From Micavibrio sp. UBA6929 (GTDB lineage Bacteria > Pseudomonadota > Alphaproteobacteria > Micavibrionales > Micavibrionaceae), in NCBI GenBank assembly GCA_002448815.1, contig DKAJ01000003.1:175892-239891 (forward strand): a DNA stretch of 64,000 bases. The letters run 5' to 3'. Positions 47,554 through 57,290 of this stretch are shown piece after piece. A model generated the notes under the pieces. The model did no database searches, had not been told where the DNA came from, and saw only the letters and a program-made list of their open reading frames with translations. The position numbers and the translations under genes are program-made. Numbering within the stretch: position 1 is the stretch's first letter; each line of letters starts with the position of its first letter.

Positions 47554-48531
47554 CTAATTCGCGGCGCGTTTCAAGCGATCATTAATCGCAATGCCAACGC
47601 CGATATCAGGGATGCTCATCACGGCGATTGCGCGGTGATTGTGCGCGTCCATGTCATGGAGCATAGTAAACAGGTTTGATGCGGCCTCGTGCAGGTCGCC
47701 TGTTTCGCTGAGGTTGCGGATCATATCTTCGGGCAGGTTAGTCGCCGCGCCGCCGCCCTTGATGCCCATAAATTTGGTTGATCCAAAGGCCAGTAATGCC
47801 TCGTCAGGGTTCAGGTCAACCGCATTGAGGCGTAGCGGCGTTTTAGGCGCGTAATGTTTCAAAAGCTGCCCTGGTGATTTGATGTCGTCGCTTTGCTCTG
47901 CGATGTGCAATTTATGGCCAAGGGTTTCTTCTAGTTCCTCGGGCGTGATGCCGCCGGGGCGCAGGATAATGGATTGCTCGGTCGACAGGTCAATGACGGT
48001 TGATTCTAGGCCGATGCGGCTGCTGCCTGCGGCGAGGACAAGGTCAACTTTATCGCCAAGCGTGCGCGCGACATGTGCGGCGCTTGTGGGGCTGAGCGTT
48101 CCTGAAGGATTGGCGCTGGGCGCGGCGAGGGGAACGCCTGCGGCGCGGATTAAATCTTGCGCGGCCTTGTGGTCGGGGACGCGCACCGCCAGTGTTGGCA
48201 GGCCTGCGGTGACAAGGTCACTGATGGGGCAGTTCGTTTTGCGCTTTAAAATCATGGTAAGCGGGCCGGGCCAAAACTTCTGGGCGAGGGCTTTGGCGCG
48301 TTCGTCCATTTCTGCGTAGGGCTCGATATCGCGGGCGCGGCCAAAATGCGTGATCAGCGGGTTAAAGCTGGGGCGGCCTTTGGCTTCGAAGATGCGGGCA
48401 ACAGCCTTGCCGTCAAGTGCATTAGCCGCCAGCCCATATACCGTTTCGGTGGGCATGCCGATAAGGCCACCTTCTTTTAAAATAGTTGCGGCTTGTTCGA
48501 TCGCGTTTTGATTTGCAGCTATGATTTTCAT
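47554..48531 (-). CDS. tsaC: L-threonylcarbamoyladenylate synthase (Sua5/YwlC type)
   Basis: PTETVYGLAANA and SANPSG motifs, plus a C-terminal Sua5 domain. ATG at 48531. Confidence 0.85.
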   Translation of the reverse strand: MKIIAANQNAIEQAATILKEGGLIGMPTETVYGLAANALDGKAVARIFEAKGRPSFNPLITHFGRARDIEPYAEMDERAKALAQKFWPGPLTMILKRKTNCPISDLVTAGLPTLAVRVPDHKAAQDLIRAAGVPLAAPSANPSGTLSPTSAAHVARTLGDKVDLVLAAGSSRIGLESTVIDLSTEQSIILRPGGITPEELEETLGHKLHIAEQSDDIKSPGQLLKHYAPKTPLRLNAVDLNPDEALLAFGSTKFMGIKGGGAATNLPEDMIRNLSETGDLHEAASNLFTMLHDMDAHNHRAIAVMSIPDIGVGIAINDRLKRAAN

Positions 48532-48554
48532 TACCAACTTTGTATAACCTTGTT

Positions 48555-49574
48555 ATGAGCGTAAAAAAAGCCCTTATTACAGGCATCGCAGGACAAGATG
48601 GCGTTTATTTGGCCAAGTACCTTATCGCGCAAGGCTATGAGGTGCATGGATTGGTGCGCTGGGACAGTGATGTGGGCGCGTTTGATCGTTTGTCACGCTT
48701 TGGCCGTTTGGGTGTTTCGCTGGATGATGTGACGCTGCATATCGGGGATGTGTGTGATCCGCATAATACGCTGGATTTATTTTATCATATCCGCCCTGAT
48801 ATGATTTATAACTTGGCAGCGGTTTCTCATGTGGCGGTCAGCTTTAAAACCCCGACGGCCGCGTTTGATGTTATCAGTACAGGTACTCTTAATCTGTTGG
48901 AGGCTATGCGCCGTTTAACGCCGCGTGCGCGTTTTTATCAGGCGTCCAGTTCTGAAATGTTTGGTAATGCGCCTGCGCCGCAAAATGAAGACACGGCTAT
49001 GATGCCTTGCAGTCCGTATGGCATTGCCAAATTATCAGCCTATCATTTGGTGCGGCTTTATCGCGCGCAATATGATGTGTTCGCGGTGAACGGCATTTTG
49101 TTCAACCATGAAAGCCCGCTGCGTGCGCATGATTTTGTGACGCAAAAAATCGTGCAAGGTGTGAAGGCTATTTCCGCAGGGCGGCAAGATTGTATCGCTC
49201 TTGGGAATTTGGATGCACGCCGCGACTGGGGGCATGCGCGCGATTATGTGCGCGGTATGTTTATGATGATGCAATCAGATGTGCCTGATGATTTTGTTTT
49301 GGCGACAGGGCAAATGCATAGCGTTCGCAGTTTTGCCGAGGCAGCCTTTGCTTGCGCAGGGATGACAATATCATGGCAGGGTGAAGGCTTGGACGAAGTA
49401 GGTATCGATGATGGCGGCACAGTGCGCGTGCGCGTAGATGAGGCCTTCTTTCGCCCGCAGGAGTTGCATGCCTTATGCGGCGATGCCAGTAAAGCGCAGC
49501 GCATGTTAGGGTGGCAACCCTCATATGATTTTCAGGCGCTGGTGCGTGATATGATGGAGGGCGCGGATGTTTGA
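48555..49574 (+). CDS. gmd: GDP-mannose 4,6-dehydratase
   Basis: KKALITGIAGQDGVYLAKYL, GILFNHESP and the overall Gmd pattern. ATG at 48555. Confidence 0.9.
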   Translation: MSVKKALITGIAGQDGVYLAKYLIAQGYEVHGLVRWDSDVGAFDRLSRFGRLGVSLDDVTLHIGDVCDPHNTLDLFYHIRPDMIYNLAAVSHVAVSFKTPTAAFDVISTGTLNLLEAMRRLTPRARFYQASSSEMFGNAPAPQNEDTAMMPCSPYGIAKLSAYHLVRLYRAQYDVFAVNGILFNHESPLRAHDFVTQKIVQGVKAISAGRQDCIALGNLDARRDWGHARDYVRGMFMMMQSDVPDDFVLATGQMHSVRSFAEAAFACAGMTISWQGEGLDEVGIDDGGTVRVRVDEAFFRPQELHALCGDASKAQRMLGWQPSYDFQALVRDMMEGADV

Positions 49575-50511
49575 CTTGTCTGGTAAGCGTATCTTTGTCG
49601 CAGGGCATTCTGGTCTGGTGGGAAGTGCCCTTTGCCGCGCGTTATCTGACGTTGATTGCACCGTTTTAACAGCGCCGCGCAGTGTGCTTGACCTGCGTGA
49701 TCAGGCCTCTGTGCAGGCATGGATGATCGCCCATAAACCAGACGCCGTGATTATGGCCGCCGCGCATGTTGGAGGGATTGGGGCGAATATTGCTGCGCCT
49801 GCAACCTTTGTGCATGACAATGCGGTGATGGCATTAAATGTTATACATTCTGCGCATTTAGCCAATATTAACCATTTGCTATTTTTGGGGTCATCGTGCA
49901 TGTATCCGGTTGATGTGCCCTTGCCGCTGCGCGAGGAAAGTTTGCTGTCTGGTCGCTTTGAGGTCACGAATGCACCCTATGCGTTGGCGAAATCCCTGGG
50001 GGTTGAGATGTGCCGTGCATACAGCGCGCAGTATGGGCGACGTTATATCAGCGCAGTGCCGTGTAATTTGTATGGGCCGCAGGATCGTTATGATCTTGAG
50101 CGCGGGCATGTTGTGCCTGCGTTATTGGCTAAGGCGCATTTGGCCAAAATGTCTGGGGCGCGTGAACTGCCTGTGTGGGGGAGCGGAACGCCGCGCCGTG
50201 AATTTTTATACAGTGATGATTGCGCGCGGGCATTATTGTTATTGCTGCGCTCTTATGAAGGTGATGCGCCTGTGAATGTTGGTACGGGCGAGGAGATCAG
50301 CATCGCCAATCTTGCGCGCATGATTTGCGAGGTCACTGGGTTTAAAGGCGATCTGGTTTTTGATCGCTCGCACCCAGATGGCGTGTCATCCAAGGTTATG
50401 GATGTGTCGCGCATCCATGCGATGGGTTGGCGCGCGGAGATATCGCTGCGTGATGGTTTGGAGCGCGCGTATCAGGATTACCTGAGCAGGGAGGCCGCCC
50501 ATGCAGCTTGA
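49567..50511 (+). CDS. fcl: GDP-L-fucose synthase
   Basis: KRIFVAGHSGLVGSAL, LGSSCMYP and YALAK. It overlaps gmd by 8 nt. Confidence 0.9.
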   Translation: MFDLSGKRIFVAGHSGLVGSALCRALSDVDCTVLTAPRSVLDLRDQASVQAWMIAHKPDAVIMAAAHVGGIGANIAAPATFVHDNAVMALNVIHSAHLANINHLLFLGSSCMYPVDVPLPLREESLLSGRFEVTNAPYALAKSLGVEMCRAYSAQYGRRYISAVPCNLYGPQDRYDLERGHVVPALLAKAHLAKMSGARELPVWGSGTPRREFLYSDDCARALLLLLRSYEGDAPVNVGTGEEISIANLARMICEVTGFKGDLVFDRSHPDGVSSKVMDVSRIHAMGWRAEISLRDGLERAYQDYLSREAAHAA

Positions 50512-51385
50512 GAATATTTATCCGATCATTTTGGCCGGTGGCAGAGGCAAGCGCCTGCGCCCGATGACATCGTATCGCAAACCCAAGCCGTTTGTGACGC
50601 TTAGATCGAATTATAATTTATTGCAAGAAACGTTAATTCGCGCATCGGGATTGGCGCCGCCAACTATTGTGTGCCAGCAAATGTATATCCCCAAGGTAGA
50701 ATTTTCACTGCGATCATTAGCGCGATATGACATTTTTCCGCGCGCTATTGTGGCAGAGCCTTATGTGCGTTCGACCGCGCCTGCGATTGGCGCGGCGTGT
50801 TTGTCGCTGGCGCCTTATATGACTTTTGTGGTCTTGCCGTCTGATCATATCATGGACAATGAAGGTGCGCTTATGAAGGCGATATCTGAGGCCGGTGATA
50901 TCGTTAACGAGCATGGCGGATTTGTGTCTATTGGAGTGAAGCCGCGCGGGGCGTCACGGCGTTTTGGATATTTACACAAAGGCGCGCGCGTTGATGATAC
51001 GCAGATTTACCACAGTGAGCATTTTATGGAGAAGCCAAGCAGTGAGTATGCAGGGCAATTTGTTAAATCGGGCGAGTATTTATGGAATACTGGCATCTTT
51101 GTGGGGCGAGTTTTGGATTATTTGTCTGCTTTTCAGGCAATTGAGCGTGAATATTTGTATTTTTTACGTAAATCGTTCGAAAATTCACGCAATTTCGAGA
51201 TATATTATGAATTAAAGCGCGATTATTACCATAAAATACCCACAATGTCGGTGGATCGTGCCATTTTGGAGCAGTGCACACAAAGGTATGCAGCGGAGCA
51301 TGATGGATATTGGGACGATGCAGGAACATGGCCTAGTTATTTGAAGTTATATTTGATGCGATTATTAGGTATAATAAAACGATGA
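50501..51385 (+). CDS. mannose-1-phosphate guanylyltransferase-like nucleotidyltransferase (no C-terminal cupin/PMI domain)
   Basis: PIILAGGRGKRLRPMTS NTP-transferase loop. 294 aa. It overlaps fcl by 11 nt. Confidence 0.7.
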   Translation: MQLENIYPIILAGGRGKRLRPMTSYRKPKPFVTLRSNYNLLQETLIRASGLAPPTIVCQQMYIPKVEFSLRSLARYDIFPRAIVAEPYVRSTAPAIGAACLSLAPYMTFVVLPSDHIMDNEGALMKAISEAGDIVNEHGGFVSIGVKPRGASRRFGYLHKGARVDDTQIYHSEHFMEKPSSEYAGQFVKSGEYLWNTGIFVGRVLDYLSAFQAIEREYLYFLRKSFENSRNFEIYYELKRDYYHKIPTMSVDRAILEQCTQRYAAEHDGYWDDAGTWPSYLKLYLMRLLGIIKR

Positions 51386-52284
51386 CAGATTCTCTTTTTC
51401 AGTCGACCAATCACTTGTTGATGATCGAACCTGCCTCGTTCTATGCGAACCCGCAAACGATGGAAACGAATGCTTACCAAGTTCAAGATGACGCGCCGCG
51501 TGATGTGCTCTTCGCCAAAGCCTTAAAGGAATGGCGCGGGTTTCGTGATAAGTTGCTGGAAAAAGGAGTGATTATTACAACGCATCGCGGCTTTGAAAAT
51601 TGTCCTGATATGGTGTTCCCTAATTGCATGTCGACCCACGGGGATGGCGGTCTATATTTATATCCGATGTATAATGAAAATCGCCGCGCCGAGCATTCAA
51701 GCGATCTGGTCGCGATGTTGCAAAAGGCGTATCCGCATGTGCATGATTGGCGCCATTATGCAGGTGATCAATTACATCTGGAAAGCACGGCCAGTATATG
51801 CCGCGACCGCGTGAATAAGATTGGCTATTCAGGGCTATCTGCGCGGACGTCACGCGCTCTGGTCGAAAAATGGCTGGATGAAAAAGGGTATAGCCCTGTT
51901 ATTTTTGAAACGTGCTCGCATGCGGGTATTCCTGTTTATCATACGGATTGCGTGATGTGGATTGGCACATCTTTGGCGGCAATTTGCACGCCCTGCATCA
52001 TCGAAAAAGATCGCAGCCGCGTTGTATCATCACTGCGCGCGACGCATGCAGTGCTTGAGCTGAGCATGGAGCAATTAAGCGCGTTTTGTGGTAATGCGCT
52101 AGAGGTTCGCGGCGCAGAAGGGAAGCGTTACTTAGCAATCTCAAGCGGTGGTTATGCGGCGCTGACGCCCGATCAAATCAGTCTGATCCGCGATCATTTT
52201 GATGACATTATTCATAGCGACCTTAGTACGCTTGAGCGCTATGGCGGCGGTTCGGCGCGATGCTGCTTGATGGAATTGTTCTAG
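51382..52284 (+). CDS. arginine deiminase-related / CtlX-like guanidino-group-modifying-enzyme superfamily protein
   Basis: N-terminus STNHLLMIEPASFYANPQTMETNAYQ and C-terminus GGGSARCCLMELF (catalytic Cys). ATGA overlap with the preceding gene. Confidence 0.6.
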   Translation: MTDSLFQSTNHLLMIEPASFYANPQTMETNAYQVQDDAPRDVLFAKALKEWRGFRDKLLEKGVIITTHRGFENCPDMVFPNCMSTHGDGGLYLYPMYNENRRAEHSSDLVAMLQKAYPHVHDWRHYAGDQLHLESTASICRDRVNKIGYSGLSARTSRALVEKWLDEKGYSPVIFETCSHAGIPVYHTDCVMWIGTSLAAICTPCIIEKDRSRVVSSLRATHAVLELSMEQLSAFCGNALEVRGAEGKRYLAISSGGYAALTPDQISLIRDHFDDIIHSDLSTLERYGGGSARCCLMELF

Positions 52285-52300
52285 AAGATATTTTCAATAG

Positions 52301-52339
52301 AAAAAAGCCTCGCTGTATAAATAAGAGCGAGGCTTTTTT
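52301..52339. terminator. bidirectional rho-independent terminator
   Basis: AAAAAAGCCTCGCT-gtataaataag-AGCGAGGCTTTTTT between convergent genes. Confidence 0.85.
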
Positions 52340-52354
52340 GTGTTTATAGCAATG

Positions 52355-54388
52355 TCACTTCAACCCTTCGCGGCGAAGCAGAGCATCTGGGTCGGCGTCA
52401 CGACCGCGGAAGTTCACATACAAGATTTGTGGTGGTTTTGTACCGCCTTGTGAGAGGACCTCGTTTTTATAGGCATTCGCCGTTTTCTGGTCATATAGGC
52501 CGTTTTCAAGGAAGGCTTCGAATGCGTCCGCGTCAAGGACTTCTGCCCATTTGTAACTGTAATATCCGGCAGAATACCCGCCCGAGAATATATGATTGAA
52601 ACTGGTCGACATTGGGCCAGCATAACGCGGGAACAACGTGACGTCTTTCCATGTTTCGTCTTCGAATGCAGCAGGATCGTCAATGGTTGATGGGTCGGTT
52701 GTGTGCCATGCAATATCCAGCAAGCCAAAGCTCACCTGACGTAAGCCAGCCCAGCCCCCCATAAAGTTTTTGGCGTTGTTTAGGCGCGCGATCAGGTCTT
52801 GTGGGATTTTCTCACCCGTTTGATAGTGCCCTGAAATCATATCCAGTGTTTCTTTTTCAAAGCACCAGTTTTCTTGCAATTGTGATGGTAACTCAACAAA
52901 GTCCCATTTGACGGATGTGCCCGCAAGCGATTGATACGTTACATCCGACAGCAATGCATGCACTGCGTGTCCCATTTCGTGGAACAGTGTTGTGACCTCT
53001 CCATGCGTCAGAAGCGATGGGCGGTCTGCTGTAGGCTTGGTAAAGTTACAAACAATGGCAACGACGGGGCGTTCGACCTTGCCGCCGAACAGGCCTTGAT
53101 TGCGGTAACATGTTTTCCATGCGCCTGGTTTTTTGCCTGAACGTGGATGGAAATCCGCATAGAGCGTCCCAACGAAATCGCCGCTATCTTTATAAAAGAC
53201 GTCAAAGCTTTGCACATCGGCGTGCCATTTCGGGTAGGCATTGTTTTCTTCAAAGCGGATGTTAAACAGCTTTTCAAAATGCGTAAAGCATCCACCAAGA
53301 ACCGTGCTGAGTGGCAGGTAGGGACGGAAGTCTTCTGATGAGATGTTAAACAGCTTTTTCTTGAGCTTTTCACTGTAGTAACTGAAATCCCATGGTCTGA
53401 GATCATCGCTGCCATCATAGCCTTTGGCGAAGTCTTGCAAGTCTTGCAAATCTTTTTCTGCGCCGGGTTTATAGGCGCTGAGCAGTGTATCAAGGAAGTC
53501 TGTGACGGCTTTTGGTGATCCTGCCATGCGTTCGGCCAAGACGTAATCGGCATGGTTTTTAAAGCCTAGAAGTTTGGCGCGCTCGTCCTTGAGAGAGACA
53601 ATCTTTTTGATGTTATCGCAGTTATCGTATTCATCCTCGAAGGCGCGGCTGGAAAAGGCACGCCAGATTTTTTCGCGCAGGGCGCGGTTATCGGCGAATT
53701 GTAGGAACGGGCCGAAGCTTGGGTAATCGAGGGTAAAAAGATAACCTTCTTGATCGCGCTCGCTTGCGGCATGTTTTGCGGCTTCAAGTGCGCTTTCGGG
53801 CAGGCCGGCGATTTCATCGTCACCAGTGAGGAGCATTTCAAAGCTTTCGGCGGATTTGCTGACATTTTGCATGAAGGCAGGGCCTAGCGTGGAAAGCTCT
53901 TGCGAGATTTCGCGCAGACGGCTTTTTTTATCATCGTCTAAAAGCGCACCGCTGCGGACAAAGCCTTTATAGGTGTCGTCTAGCAAGGTTGCTTGTTCCT
54001 CGGTCAGGTCAAGCGTGTCTTTGATGTCGTGAACGGCTTTGATGCGTGCGAACAGGTCGGCGTCTAAGTTTACGTCACTGGAAAATGCGGCGTTCATTGG
54101 GCCGATTTCACTGGTTAGGGCGTGGAGGTCATCACCACCCATGGCCGCAAGTTGGTTGTAAAAGACGCTGCCAACGCTGGAGAGTGTTTCCGACGCCGTT
54201 TCCAAGGCCACAATGGTATTTTCAAAGGTTGGAGCATCGGTATTGGCCTTGATCGCGTCAATATTTGCGCGGGCTTCTTCGATGGCGGCGGTAAAGGCGG
54301 GCAGATAATACTCGGTCTTGATGTCGCCGAATAAAGGCGCTTGGTTAGGGGCGGTCGATTTTATTAAAAGTGGATTATTGTTCGTCAT
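52355..54388 (-). CDS. dcp: M3-family peptidyl-dipeptidase
   Basis: FHEMGHAVH zinc motif. The N-terminus NPLLIKSTAPNQAPLFGDIKTEYYLPAF parallels E. coli Dcp. 677 aa. Confidence 0.85.
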   Translation of the reverse strand: MTNNNPLLIKSTAPNQAPLFGDIKTEYYLPAFTAAIEEARANIDAIKANTDAPTFENTIVALETASETLSSVGSVFYNQLAAMGGDDLHALTSEIGPMNAAFSSDVNLDADLFARIKAVHDIKDTLDLTEEQATLLDDTYKGFVRSGALLDDDKKSRLREISQELSTLGPAFMQNVSKSAESFEMLLTGDDEIAGLPESALEAAKHAASERDQEGYLFTLDYPSFGPFLQFADNRALREKIWRAFSSRAFEDEYDNCDNIKKIVSLKDERAKLLGFKNHADYVLAERMAGSPKAVTDFLDTLLSAYKPGAEKDLQDLQDFAKGYDGSDDLRPWDFSYYSEKLKKKLFNISSEDFRPYLPLSTVLGGCFTHFEKLFNIRFEENNAYPKWHADVQSFDVFYKDSGDFVGTLYADFHPRSGKKPGAWKTCYRNQGLFGGKVERPVVAIVCNFTKPTADRPSLLTHGEVTTLFHEMGHAVHALLSDVTYQSLAGTSVKWDFVELPSQLQENWCFEKETLDMISGHYQTGEKIPQDLIARLNNAKNFMGGWAGLRQVSFGLLDIAWHTTDPSTIDDPAAFEDETWKDVTLFPRYAGPMSTSFNHIFSGGYSAGYYSYKWAEVLDADAFEAFLENGLYDQKTANAYKNEVLSQGGTKPPQILYVNFRGRDADPDALLRREGLK

Positions 54389-54413
54389 ACTAAATCAATG
54401 TATCTTTCTGGAC

Positions 54414-55109
54414 ATGGTTCTCAAGTCCCAACAGTATGATGATGTTTATTTCAGTGCGCAAGATGGTTTCGCCGAAACGCGCTATGTCTTTTTAGACGGT
54501 AATGATTTGGCGGCGCGATTTGCGGCGCTGGGCGCGGGCGATGTCTTTACCGTTGGGGAAACAGGGTTTGGCACGGGATTGAATTTCCTTGCGGTGTGGG
54601 CCTTGTTTGCAGAGTATGCACCTGCGGGGGCGTGTTTACGCTTTGCCTCGCTAGAGAAATTTCCGCTGGCGCCAGATGTGATCCGCGAGGCGTTGCAGCC
54701 ATGGCATAAGGATATTGGCGCGCAGTTGGATGCCTTTTTGGCGGCCTATACCGAAGCGCCGCATGAGGATTTTGTAGCCTCTTTCAACGACGGGCGCGTG
54801 TCTTTATGGATTGGCATTGGTGATGCGCCCGATTGTTTGTCGCGCGCGAAAGGCGGCGTTGATGCCTGGTTTTTGGACGGGTTTAAGCCCTCTAGCAATC
54901 CGGATATGTGGACGCAGGAGGTCTTTGATCATGCTGCGCGGTTAAGCGCACCTGAGGCGACCTTGGCAAGTTTTACTGCGGCCGGATTTGTGCGCCGCGG
55001 TCTTGCGCAGGCGGGGTTTGATATTTCAAAACGCGCAGGCTTCGGGCGCAAGCGTGATATGATTGTTGGTCGTCTGCGCAGTGAAACAGAGGACGCGCCA
55101 TGCATATAA
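54414..55109 (+). CDS. mnmC: tRNA (mnm5s2U34) methyltransferase, the MnmC N-terminal (DUF752) domain as a separate polypeptide
   Basis: DDVYFSAQDGFAETRYVFL, GETGFGTGLNF, DAWFLDGFKPSSNPDMWT and SFTAAGFVRRGL align with the N-terminal domain of E. coli MnmC. Confidence 0.75.
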   Translation: MVLKSQQYDDVYFSAQDGFAETRYVFLDGNDLAARFAALGAGDVFTVGETGFGTGLNFLAVWALFAEYAPAGACLRFASLEKFPLAPDVIREALQPWHKDIGAQLDAFLAAYTEAPHEDFVASFNDGRVSLWIGIGDAPDCLSRAKGGVDAWFLDGFKPSSNPDMWTQEVFDHAARLSAPEATLASFTAAGFVRRGLAQAGFDISKRAGFGRKRDMIVGRLRSETEDAPCI

Positions 55110-56149
55110 GTATTATTGGCGCCGGCATTGCAGGGACGGCATGTGCCTACTTCTTGGCGCAGCGCGGCGCGTCATGCGTGATTTATGATCAAGGCGATGA
55201 TGTCGCCATGGGGGCATCGGGGAATGTGCGCGGGCTTTATAATCCGCGTTTTTTTGCGGCCTATGATGCGGAGGCTCAATTTTATGCAAGTGCCTTTCAA
55301 TCGGCGCTGCGCGTGTTTGAGGATTTAGGCGATGACATTGCGTATGATCCATGCGGGGCCGTGCATTTAATCAATACCGAGCAAAAGCAAAAACGCTTTG
55401 CCAAGATGGTGGAAAGCTGGCCTTGGGGGGCGGATGATTTCCAAATTCTAAGCCCAGAAAAAACAAGTGAAATCATGGGGTTGCCTTGTGAATATGAATC
55501 ACTTTATCTGCCGCGATCGGGGATGGTGTCGCCGCAAGCGGTATGCCGCGCTTATGCTCGCGAAAGTGGTGCAACATTAAAATTGGGCGTGCGCGTTGAA
55601 TCAAAAGATTTACAAGACCTGCTAAGTGATTCAGATGCCGTCATTTTTGCGTGCGGCATGGGCACATTAAATTTTGCGCCATGCGCTGATTTGCCTTTAC
55701 GTCCTATGCGCGGGCAGGTCAGTTTGATACACGATACGCCGCAGACGCGCGCGCTTAAAACGGTTGTGTGTTATGGCGGGTATATGACGCCATCGTTTGA
55801 GGGGATGCATTGTGTGGGATCAACCTTTGACCGCGGGGTTGATCATGCCGCTGTTAAAGACGGCGATCATGAAGAAATTATCAGCAAAATGCAGGATAAT
55901 ATTAAGGCGTTTCGGGCAGGTGGTTATCCTTGCACGCAGGCGCGTGCGGGCGTGCGGGTCGGTGCGCCGGGGCATTTTCCTGTAATTGGTGATTTGGGGC
56001 AGGGCATGTATATCAGCGCGGCGCATGGATCGCATGGTATTTTATCGTCCCTGATGGGCGCGCAAATTTTGACCGCGCAGATTTATGGGGATGCCCCGCC
56101 CGTCGCGCCAGAGGTGATAGAGCGCCTTTCCCCGCACCGTTTTTCGTGA
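55100..56149 (+). CDS. mnmC: FAD-dependent cmnm5s2U34 oxidoreductase, the MnmC C-terminal domain as a separate polypeptide
   Basis: ISIIGAGIAGTACAYFLAQRG dinucleotide-binding fold. Its start overlaps the upstream stop by 10 nt (ATGCATATAA). Confidence 0.7.
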   Translation: MHISIIGAGIAGTACAYFLAQRGASCVIYDQGDDVAMGASGNVRGLYNPRFFAAYDAEAQFYASAFQSALRVFEDLGDDIAYDPCGAVHLINTEQKQKRFAKMVESWPWGADDFQILSPEKTSEIMGLPCEYESLYLPRSGMVSPQAVCRAYARESGATLKLGVRVESKDLQDLLSDSDAVIFACGMGTLNFAPCADLPLRPMRGQVSLIHDTPQTRALKTVVCYGGYMTPSFEGMHCVGSTFDRGVDHAAVKDGDHEEIISKMQDNIKAFRAGGYPCTQARAGVRVGAPGHFPVIGDLGQGMYISAAHGSHGILSSLMGAQILTAQIYGDAPPVAPEVIERLSPHRFS

Positions 56150-56164
56150 TAAAAGTTTGCTGTC

Positions 56165-57265
56165 ATGATTGCATTTATTCTTTTTGTTACAGGGTTTGTT
56201 TTGGTTGGCTGTTTTATGCCGATTGTGGCGCGCATGGCTGTGCGCGGCGGATTTGTTGATGCGCCAGGCGGGCGTAAACAACATGACGAGCCTGTGCCGC
56301 CTGTAGGCGGATTATTGATTGTGCCTGTGTTTTTGGCGCTGTATGCGCTGGCGGGGATTGATTGGGCGCGTGATTGGTCACTGATTGTTGGGGTGATTGC
56401 CCTGTTGGTGATTGGTGCGTGGGATGATCGCTGGCAGTTGGGCGCAGCAGTGCGCTTTGCCGTGCAGATCATCGTTGCCGTCATGGTGGTTGTTTTTGGT
56501 TTATGCCGCATTGATACGCTGGGCAATATTTTTGCGTTGGGTGATTTTGATCTGGGGTGGATGGCGATACCCTTTTCAGTAGCGGCCGTGGCGTTATTGG
56601 TGAATGCGATTAACTTGATGGATGGTCTAGACGGCCTTGCAGGCGGGCAAAGCTTTTTGATTTTTGCGCTGATTTTAATTGTGGCGATTGTGTCGGGTGA
56701 TAATACTTGGGCAAATGCATGTGCAAGTGCGATGGGCGCCTTGGGCGGGTTTTTGATGCATAATATGCGCAGTCCTCTTTTGCCGCGAGCGCGCGTATTT
56801 TTGGGGGATGCAGGGACGTTGTCGTTGGGTTTGATGCTGGCGTGGTTTTCTATTTCTGCGGCGAATGACGCGGCGCTGAACCTTGAAGCGATGAGCGTTG
56901 CATGGTTCTTGGCTGTGCCGATCATGGATGAGTGCGCGCAGTTTTATCGCCGCGTGCGTGAAGGGCGTCATCCGTTTTCTGCGGATCGTGGTCATTTGCA
57001 TCATTACTTTATTGATGCGGGTTTTACCCCCGGTCAGGCGACAGTGCGCATCCTAACGATTAGCTTTGCCCTAGGCGGCAGCAGCTATGCTTTTGCAGCG
57101 CTAGGCGGGCCAGTGATTGTTTTGACCCTGACGTGGATGGCTGCGATTTTAGGGCATCTTTATTTAACCGCGCACAAGCCTGGGTTTTACGCGGCGCTGT
57201 TTGCGCGTTTTGTGCCTGAAGGCAATGATAGCGACGATTGTGACAACGACGAGGATGATGAATAG
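56165..57265 (+). CDS. polyprenyl-phosphate HexNAc-1-phosphate transferase (WecA/MraY family)
   Basis: NAINLMDGLDGLAGG and FLGDAGTLSLG motifs. About 10-11 TM segments. Acidic C-terminal tail NDSDDCDNDEDDE. Confidence 0.8.
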   Translation: MIAFILFVTGFVLVGCFMPIVARMAVRGGFVDAPGGRKQHDEPVPPVGGLLIVPVFLALYALAGIDWARDWSLIVGVIALLVIGAWDDRWQLGAAVRFAVQIIVAVMVVVFGLCRIDTLGNIFALGDFDLGWMAIPFSVAAVALLVNAINLMDGLDGLAGGQSFLIFALILIVAIVSGDNTWANACASAMGALGGFLMHNMRSPLLPRARVFLGDAGTLSLGLMLAWFSISAANDAALNLEAMSVAWFLAVPIMDECAQFYRRVREGRHPFSADRGHLHHYFIDAGFTPGQATVRILTISFALGGSSYAFAALGGPVIVLTLTWMAAILGHLYLTAHKPGFYAALFARFVPEGNDSDDCDNDEDDE

Positions 57266-57290
57266 AGGCGTTGAGCGCTGGCGCTAATGC

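Noticed and set aside
56083-56925. 280-aa ORF antisense to the WecA-like gene, and similar long antisense ORFs (16241-16720, 34471-34989, 35203-35673, 53008-53553, 31707-32249).
   Set aside because: Their composition is low-complexity and Arg/Pro/Ser/Thr-rich, as expected from reading coding DNA on the opposite strand. The sense-strand proteins carry clear family motifs.
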